Of a stretch of DNA of 64,000 nt, positions 56,571-64,000 are shown piece by piece. Under the pieces are notes generated by a model. That model made no database searches. It was not told the DNA's origin and saw only the letters and a program-made list of their open reading frames with translations. The stretch is from Myxococcales bacterium (GTDB lineage: Bacteria; Myxococcota_A; Polyangia; Polyangiales; DASUME01). The DNA lies in the NCBI GenBank assembly GCA_047601445.1, contig JASGJH010000001.1:1408001-1472000 (forward strand), read 5' to 3'. The translations under genes were made by a program, and so were the position numbers. The first letter of the stretch is position 1. The number at the start of each line of letters is the position of its first letter.

Positions 56571-57691
56571 TACACGCGGTATTTCTTGTAAATGGAAGCG
56601 CCCATGGAACGGATGCCGAGGTTGATCGGGGCGTCGTCCTCGCGGGTCCACGAGAGCTCCGCCCATTCGTAGCCCTTGGCCTTGCCGCGCTTCGCGACCT
56701 CCACGTACATGGCCGCAGAGAGCGCGCCGTAGCGCTTCACGTTCTTGCGCAGCTCGGCCCGCACGCCGAGCACGATGAGACGAGCAGACTTGGGATGCTT
56801 CACCTTGGTGCGCCAGAGCAGCTTCGCCCAACCGAAGGGGAACAGCTTGCCCTCGAGGTCGGCGATGACTTCGTAGAGATTCGGGATGGCGATGCACATG
56901 GCGCCAGGCTTGCCGTTTACCTCAGCCACGAAGGCCAGGTCCGGATCGAGCACCATGGACATGTCGCTGGCCATCTTGTCGAGCTCGGCGTTGCTCACGG
57001 GCACATAGCCCCACTTGCCCGCCCAGGTCTCGTTGTAGATCTCCATCACGATGCCGATCTCGTCGCGCAAGCGCTTGAGGTTCAGCGAGCGCAAGCGCAC
57101 CTCCTCGAGCCCTTGCACGTGTTCCCAGGCCCTCTGCGTGCGCGCGTTGAAGCCGCTCGCCACGTCGTAGCGCCAAGCGAACAGGTCCTTTTCCTTGATC
57201 AGGCCACAGGCCTCCGCGAGTCGCGCCTGGTAATCGCGGGAGTGGGACATGTCGAGCATGGGCGGGTGCTCGAAGCCTTCGATCAAGATGCCGGCCTCCT
57301 GACTCGCTCCGAGTGACATCGGCCCGTTCATGCGCCGCATGCCGCGCTCGCGCAGCCACGCGGCGGCGCGCTCCAGCAGGGCGCGCGCCACCTCGACGTC
57401 GTCGATGGTGTCGAAGTAGCCGAAGTGCCCCGTCGCGTCGTTCCAGGTGTCGAGCCAGGCCTTGTCCACCGTGGCCGAGATGCGACCCACGAGCTTGCCC
57501 TCTTGCCAGGCAGTGAAGAGCGCCACCTCGGCATGTTGGTGGAAGGGTTCTTTCTTGGGGTTCAAACGCTCGGCGATCATCATGTGCAGCGGCTGGACCC
57601 AGGCGGCGTCACCGGCGAACACGACCTTGCCCGCCTCGATGAAATCCTCGACGTCCTCTCCGGGCACGTGGCTGCGCAGCTCGATCGACAT
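56555..57691 (-). CDS. YghO-like tandem GNAT protein; candidate bacterial ceramide synthase (bCerS-like)
   Basis: VGRISA, GHFGYFD, RMNGP, GILIEGF..PP, W..KWGY.P, LFPFGWAKL, AELSW, KKYRVY. Confidence 0.72.
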   Translation of the reverse strand: MSIELRSHVPGEDVEDFIEAGKVVFAGDAAWVQPLHMMIAERLNPKKEPFHQHAEVALFTAWQEGKLVGRISATVDKAWLDTWNDATGHFGYFDTIDDVEVARALLERAAAWLRERGMRRMNGPMSLGASQEAGILIEGFEHPPMLDMSHSRDYQARLAEACGLIKEKDLFAWRYDVASGFNARTQRAWEHVQGLEEVRLRSLNLKRLRDEIGIVMEIYNETWAGKWGYVPVSNAELDKMASDMSMVLDPDLAFVAEVNGKPGAMCIAIPNLYEVIADLEGKLFPFGWAKLLWRTKVKHPKSARLIVLGVRAELRKNVKRYGALSAAMYVEVAKRGKAKGYEWAELSWTREDDAPINLGIRSMGASIYKKYRVYQRDL

Positions 57692-57746
57692 CCCACTTGC
57701 TTAGCCAAGAACCCAGGCGCTGTACACAAAACGCGGGTGAACCCGA

Positions 57747-58131
57747 ATGGGGGGTGAAGCGGAGCCATTCATCGAACCAGGCACGATTTCCAGCTGTTCG
57801 TGGGCCTCTTCGCGAGCCCGTGGTCAACATCGTGACCGGGTGGAACTTCTTCTGTGCCCAGACCGCCTCGAAGCGACTCGCCTGCAAGGCGCCCCATCTG
57901 CCCGAGGAAGCCCCCGTCCTCGTGGCCGGCTTCGAGCACTCGGTCCAGCTGGCGTGCACCGCCGCCAGCGTCTGCGGCCTCGAGGCGGACGGCTCGGTGC
58001 AGTGTCACGGTGTCGCGAGCAACGCCGCGACCGAGCTCAGCGTGCGACCTGGCGCGCTCTGGCGGAGCGCCAACGCGACCCGTCTGTGTGGCGGCTATCC
58101 AGACGGCAGCCTGGACTGCGTCCAGCGCTGA
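57747..58131 (+). other. Short RCC1/BLIP-II-like repeat fragment (possible remnant or frameshifted small gene)
   Basis: TGWNFFCA..LAC, VCGLEADGSVQCHG, LCGGYPDGSLDC; no clean in-frame start. Confidence 0.35.
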
Positions 58132-58147
58132 GTCCTCGTGGGTCCAG

Positions 58148-58588
58148 CTAGCCAATCGGCTCGAGCACCACCACCGGCAACTCACGCTGCGTATGCTTTT
58201 GGTACTGCGACCAGGCCGGGTTCACCTGCTTGCCGCGCTCCCACAGGCGGGCTCGCTCGGTCCCTTCGGCCAGCCGGGCCTTGGCCTGGAACACGCGACG
58301 CCCTACGCGCACCGTGGCACTCGGATCCACGCGCAGATTCAGCCACCACTGCGGATCGCGCCGCGCGCCGCCGTCGGAGCCGACGACCACGTAGCCGCCC
58401 GCGTCCTCGAAATACGCCAGTGGCGTGGTGCGCGGTTGACGCGTCTTGCGACCGGTCACCGTGAGGAGCAGCATCGGCAGCTTGAGGTGCGCCCCGAGCC
58501 GCCCGTCGGTGGCTTCGTAAACACGGGTGTGCAGCTTGAAGAGCGCCTTGAGTACGCGCGCTCTCAGGTGACGTACGCGGGATGCCAT
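58148..58588 (-). CDS. Deazaflavin (F420H2)-dependent nitroreductase/quinone reductase family (Ddn-like)
   Basis: LLLTVTGRKTRQPRTTPL, YVVVGSDGG..DPQWWLNL..DP, YQ..T.RELPVVVL. Confidence 0.85.
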   Translation of the reverse strand: MASRVRHLRARVLKALFKLHTRVYEATDGRLGAHLKLPMLLLTVTGRKTRQPRTTPLAYFEDAGGYVVVGSDGGARRDPQWWLNLRVDPSATVRVGRRVFQAKARLAEGTERARLWERGKQVNPAWSQYQKHTQRELPVVVLEPIG

Positions 58589-58632
58589 GGAGCGGAAGCT
58601 TTACCCGGGCCGCTCACCGGAGCAACGCTGGC

Positions 58633-60298
58633 TCAGCGCTCCATGCACAACAGGCGCAAGGTGTAGTTCGTGCAAGTGGCAGGACTCGCGAAGTAGGTCC
58701 AGGCGGGCACGCTCGCCGCTAGTCCCACGGTGCAGGAGCTCATGGCATCCCCATACCAAATTGGTCTTGGTGAGGACCCAGTTGTCGCTTTGACTGCTCA
58801 AGTAGTTGCCGGCGGCGTCGAGCAGGAGCGGCACGCGGATGCTCCCCGAGATCAGGTCCGCGATGTTGTTGGCGACCACGAAGCCGTCCGCCCGCACCCA
58901 GGGGCCCGTGCTTGGCCAATTGCCGAGGCCACATTTATCGGTACCGCGCACGCCGCCCGTCGAGACGAGGCGGCACGGGGCCTCGTGACCGGTGTCGCTC
59001 AGCCACGCCACGAAGTTCGCGTGGTTGGCGTAGCCGGCGTCCTGCGCAGCGTCCTGGCAAAACGCGTCGGCCTTGTCGAGCAGGGAGCCGGAGGACGGAT
59101 ACGGGAACGGAGTGCTGGTGAGGAAGAGCGCCTTGCCCGTGCGCTCATGCAGGGTGCTCTTGGGGAAGAAGCCAGAGCCGCTCTGCACGCACAACAAGCC
59201 GCGCGTGGTGCTGCATCCGAAGCTGTAGTAGTCGTCCGGCAGATAGTCGCTGAGCGACGCAGTGGCCCAGGAGTACTGCCCGGACGACGCGCTGCTGGTG
59301 AAGCCCAGACAATCGCTGCCTCCGGCTTGCCCGTTCGCGTCGCCACCGGTCCAGATCGTGTTCCCGGCGTGCGGCGTGCCGTCGGCCTTGTAGTGCACCG
59401 TGCTCAGCCACTGCGCCTTGGCGATGCCCGAAGCTCCATTCACCACGGGGAGTCCGCCGAGGTCGAGAATCGGGGCCTCATCGACCGGCGCTGAAGCCAG
59501 TCCGCAGTGATCGGCCCAGCGCGCGTTCAAGCCGAGCGCACGACAGGCCGCGTCGAACTTCGCTCCGTTCGTGCCGGAGCTGATGAAGGCGCGGAAGGTT
59601 CCTTCGAGTCCGGCCGCATCGGCCTCCGCCTGGCAGATGATGTCACCCGCGGCTGGCCCCGACGCAGCGTTCGCAGCTGCTGGGATCCAGGTGCGCAGAT
59701 CGCCGTTGCCCGTGTGCTGGCTCGCGAACAGGACACGACTGCCGTTGCCGAGCCCATTGAGCGAAACATCGAGCTCGAAGTCGGGCCCGCTGACCTTGGC
59801 GACGTAGTCGATGGGCAGATGAACCTGGTTGAGCGATACGAGAACGGCCGTGGGCCCCGCCTGGGCCACCGAGAGCACCGCGAGATCCTGGGGCCGCGCC
59901 GGACTCAGCGAGACCTCGAGCGCCGCAGCATCGACCGCGCGATCGAAGGCCAGCTTGAGCTGCCCGTACGCCACGAAGCCCGTGTGGCTCGGGTCGGACA
60001 CCGGCGGCCCATCGTTTGCGTCGGGGCCGGCATCTTGGTGACCTCCGTCCGAGCCTGCGTCGCCGGGGCCGCCGTCGGAGCCGGGACCCGCGTCGCCCGT
60101 TCCGCCCCCGTCGAGCCCGTCGAGCCCGCCGTCCGCGTCGGGGTGTTGCGTCCCGCTGTCATGTTCTCCGTGCTGCATCCCAGCATCGGCCTGCGACCCC
60201 ATGGACCCATCGGGATCGAGCGAGCCCGAGCTGGCCGAGTCACCACAACCGACGACACTCGCGAGAGCCCACCACACCACGCGCCGGCCAAACTTCAT
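58633..60298 (-). CDS. Lipoprotein with two DUF1554-like (endostatin/C-type-lectin-like) domains; +1 frameshift at ~58759
   Basis: Lipobox VVGC, DAG/DGG linker, two repeats F.....G......AD..CQ..A...G....F.A..S; the repaired end CTNYTLRLLCMER* mirrors the first repeat CSTTRGLLCVQ. Confidence 0.72.
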
Positions 60299-60447
60299 GA
60301 CCCAGGATCCTAACCAAAGTGGGGTCGCGTCCGGCCAGCAGAAAGCCCTCCCCCGAGGGGCCCACCGCCCTTTGCGCAACCTGCGCAACAAAGCGCACAA
60401 CGTGCGAGCGACTGGTTTCGATGCGGGGCGCGCACTAGCTTAAGGGC

Positions 60448-61116
60448 ATGGCTGCGAACCCGAGCGATGGCCTCGAGCGCGAGCTCTGGGTGCTGCGCCA
60501 AATCGCGCAGCTGGTGCCCGCCATGCTCGCGTTCTGGGATACCAGGGAACGCTGCTTGTTCGCGAACGAGGCTTACCGGGCTTGGTTCGGCGTGGCCCCG
60601 GAGAGGCTACCGGGCACGACCCTGGCCGAGCTCCTGGGGCCTGAAATCTACTCGCTCAACATTCCCTACATCGAGGGCGCTCTGCGTGGAGAGCGGCAGC
60701 ACTTCGAGCGCGAGTTCGCGGACCCTCAGGGCGGTCCTTCCCGCTTCAGCCAGGTCGACTACGTGCCCGTGGTGACCGATGGCGCGGTGAAGGGATTCGT
60801 GGTGCTCGTGCAGGATGTCAGCCGGCGCAAGAATCTCGAACTCGAGCTGCAACGCACGGTGGGGGAGCTCCAGACCGCGCTCTCCAGCGTGCGCACGCTG
60901 TCCGGGCTGTTACCCATCTGCGCCTGGTGCAAGAAGGTCCGCACGGACCAGGGCTACTACGAGCAGATCGAGTCGTTCATCACGGCCCACACCGACGCCA
61001 CCTTCACGCATGGTATCTGCCCCGAGTGTGAGGCCCGCGCACGCGACGAGCGGCCCGCCGTACCGGCCGGGCCGACCACCCCGACCGGGCCCGAAAGGGG
61101 CGAAAACTCCCGCTGA
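60448..61116 (+). CDS. PAS domain protein with C-terminal four-Cys (LPICxxC...HGICPEC) domain
   Basis: PAS_4-like (FANEAY..WFG...L.G..L.ELLG), coiled coil, LLPICAWCKKVR..G.Y..IE.F...H....THGICPEC. Confidence 0.82.
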   Translation: MAANPSDGLERELWVLRQIAQLVPAMLAFWDTRERCLFANEAYRAWFGVAPERLPGTTLAELLGPEIYSLNIPYIEGALRGERQHFEREFADPQGGPSRFSQVDYVPVVTDGAVKGFVVLVQDVSRRKNLELELQRTVGELQTALSSVRTLSGLLPICAWCKKVRTDQGYYEQIESFITAHTDATFTHGICPECEARARDERPAVPAGPTTPTGPERGENSR

Positions 61117-61209
61117 ATCCCGGGATTTCCTTGCTGCGCGTGCAGCCTTCCGGAGATAGTGGAGGCCCTTGCTAACGCGCGCTGGGCGCGTGCTTCGGAG
61201 CCCTGCCCC

Positions 61210-64000
61210 ATGCTCAACAGCTTGTATCCCGCGGGTCCTGCCACCACGCCGGGCGACCTCACCGCCGTCACCGAGGCGTACAAGCGCCGCGCCTGGATCG
61301 CGATGGCCGTGCTGGTCGGCTTCGCGCTCGTGTACCTGACCTTGTGGGGATGGTTCGGCTGGACCGCCTACCGGCTCGGGCTCGAGCTCTCGCGCCGACA
61401 CATCAACGTGTCCATCATGGCGGGCTGCCTGGTGTCGAGCTTGCTGCTCCTGTTCATGAGCCGAGCCCTGCTCGCCGTAAAGCGTGGCGCGCCCTCCGAG
61501 GACCTCGAGGTCACGGCTCAGGAGCAACCGTTGCTGTTCGAGTTCCTGTGGCGCGTGGCCGACGAGGTGGGGGCCCCCCGGCCCCATCACGTATTCCTCT
61601 CCCCCGACGTGAACGCCGCGGTCTTCTATGACGTGTCGTTCAAGAACCTGCTGGTGCCTTCGCACAAGAACCTGGTGATCGGGCTCGGCCTGGTGAATGC
61701 GTTGACGCTCGGCGAGTTCAAGGCCGTGCTGGCCCACGAGTTCGGCCACTTCGCGCAGCGCTCGATGGCCGTGGGACGCTGGGTCTACACCGCTCAACAA
61801 ATCGCGAATCACCTGGTCCATTCGCGTGGGATCTTCGACCGCATGTTGCGAGGCCTCTCGCGCTTCGACATCCGTGTCGCCTGGGTGGGCTGGATCCTGC
61901 GGCTCATCGTGTGGTCCATGCGCAGTCTGCTCGACACCGTGTTCTCCCTGGTGGTCATGGCGCAGCGTGCGCTGTCGCGCGAGATGGAGCTGCAGGCCGA
62001 CCTGGTCGCGGTCTCGCTCACGGGCAGCGACGCCATCGTGCACGCCCTGCACCGCCTGCGCGCCGCCGATGAGGCCTGGAGCATCGCCGTCCCCTTCGCC
62101 TTTGGCGAGCTCTCTTCTGGGCACCGCGTGGCCGACGTGTTCAGCCTACAGACGCGCGTCACCGAGCAGATGCGCGTGGTGCTCGACGACCCGGACTTCG
62201 GCAGCCCCCCTGCCCTGCCCGAGCGTCCCGAATCCCATCGCGTGTTCGAGGACAGCATCGCCCAACCACCGCGCATGTGGATGACGCATCCGCCGGGCCG
62301 CGAGCGCGAGGAAAACGCCAAGCGCCGCTACGTGTCGGCACCCGTCGATCAACGGAGTGCCTGGTCGGTGTTCGCCGATCCGGAGTCGCTGCGACACAAG
62401 CTCACCGATCGTCTGTTGCTCTCGCCGGAGGCCAAGGAACTACCGGCCGCCAGTCAAATCCAGGAGTCGCTGCAGCGATTGGACGCCGAGTACACGCGCA
62501 AGGGCGTCGACCCGCGCTATCGAGGCGTCTACCTGGGACGCCCGCTGACCCGCGAAGCCCAGCACGCGGACGAACTCTATGAACCTCAATCTCAGGCCGA
62601 TCTCGCGCAGCTCGCCGCGCTCTACCCGCGCAGCCTGGCCGGAGAGCTGAAGACCTGGCGCAATCTCCAGGAAGAGACCGCGATGTTGGAGGCCCTGTCG
62701 CGTGGCGATTCTGAGTCCGCCCGACGGCATCATACGCCACCGCGGGCGCGTGGTTCCGAAGCGAGAGCTCGCCAGCGTGGTCGCCGCCGTGAAGCGCGAA
62801 GAGCAAGCCGCGCTGTCGCGTCTGTGGGACCACGACAAGCAGTGCCGCTCGCTGCACCTCGCCGCAGCGCGCGCGCTGGGCCAGGGCTGGGAGGCCCATC
62901 TGCGGGGTCTGCTCTCGCTGTTGCACTACGCCGAGCACGGCGAGGCCAACCTGCGCGATGCCCGTGGTCACTTCTCGAACACGTTCGCCTGGGTCACCGC
63001 CGACGGCAGTGTCAGCGGGCGGGAGCTCAAGAAACTGGTCGCGGCCGCCAGCGAGGTGCACGTCGCGCTCTGGGAGCTGTTCGAACAGCGTGAGGCCGTC
63101 CAATTGCCCGCCGACGTACGCGAGAAGCTCGAGCTCGAAGGCTGGAGCGCGGCTTGGCCCAAACAGTTCGGGTTGCCGGCGCCCGAGAAGGAAAATATCG
63201 GGAACTTCCTGAACGTCGTGGATGGCTGGACCTCGGGCGTATTGTCGAGCCTGGTTGGCCTCAAGCGGGCGACCCTCGACGCCTTGCTCACGGTCGAGGA
63301 CCACGTGGCCGAATGCACACGCAGCGGCGCGGATCCAGGCGTAGCTCCGGCACCCGCCGCGATCCCCTCGAGCTATCGCATCATTCCGCTCGGGGCTCAG
63401 CGCGCGCGAGAGCGCATGCTGCACTGGTGGGATCGGTTTCAGCTCGGCGATGGCCTATTGCCCTCGAGCGCGCGCTTCGTGGTGGCCTTCAGCATCATGG
63501 CGGCGGTGCTCGGGCTCACGCGCGGCGTCGGTTCGTTCAACGTGGGGATCTACAACGGCCTGCAGACCCATGTCGAAGTCAGGATCGGAGAGCGGACCGT
63601 GCTGCTCGCGCCGCAAGGGCACGCCGAGATCGAGGTCCCTGAGGAGCAGACACTCCGCGTGGAGGCGCGCTTGCCGAGCGGCCAGAGCATCGAGCGATTC
63701 GAGATCACCACGGGTGGCGTGGGCGGTGACTACTTCTACAACGTCGCCAGCGCAGCCTCCCTGGTAGAGTGGACGGCCGTGTACTCGGCCACCGATGCGC
63801 AGCCGCCCGAGCGCTACCTCGGCAGTCCCCGCTGGGGCACCACGCAGGCCGGCGTGCTGTTCGAAGAGCCCCCGACCAAGGGTAAGGGAACGCGACTCGT
63901 GCTGCAGGCACTGGCAGCGAGCCCTGCCAAGCAGGTGGAGAGCATCAGCGATCAAGCGCAAAAGAACGCGCTCGTCGAGGCCCACATGCGCTTCGATTCG
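61210..64000 (+). CDS. Large M48 family membrane zinc metallopeptidase; +1 frameshift at ~62707; runs off the window end
   Basis: Two N-terminal TMs, VNAAV, VLAHEFGH, SREMELQAD, THPP; the next frame is open from 62707 to 64000 after deleting one T in GGCGATTCTG. Confidence 0.82.

Noticed and set aside
60372..60402. Short tandem TGCGCAAC repeats between divergent genes
   Set aside because: Only two or three short copies with no adjacent regulator; could be chance

Overview
High-GC (roughly 68-70% by eye) bacterial chromosomal segment. The gene content (Ser/Thr kinases, TPR/PEGA and Cys/Gly-rich lipoproteins, a DUF2378-like protein) points to Myxococcota, probably Polyangiales-like; this is an inference. 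I count about 50 CDSs and saw no rRNA, tRNA, CRISPR array, transposase or phage genes. Highlights: (1) A cobalamin-riboswitch-controlled operon encoding a beta-propeller lipoprotein, an exported and membrane-anchored CobN/HmuS-like chelatase subunit, a MotA/ExbB-like protein, DUF2149 and a BtuM-like B12 transporter. (2) An uncharacterised PNPOx + PNPOx-GAF-wHTH regulator pair. An AT-rich 16-bp motif occurs once upstream of this pair and twice upstream of a convergent di-heme cytochrome c / delta-60 lipoprotein unit. (3) An ETR1-type ethylene-receptor histidine kinase in a signalling cluster with a diguanylate cyclase. (4) A stand-alone 4-hydroxybutyryl-CoA dehydratase that looks thaumarchaeal-like. 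(5) A ZTP-riboswitch-controlled glyA that looks Burkholderiales-like. (6) Five +1 frameshifts, four of which are repaired by GAATC/GATTC to GATC, suggesting long-read errors at methylated GATC. All family assignments come from motif recognition by eye; no database searches were run.
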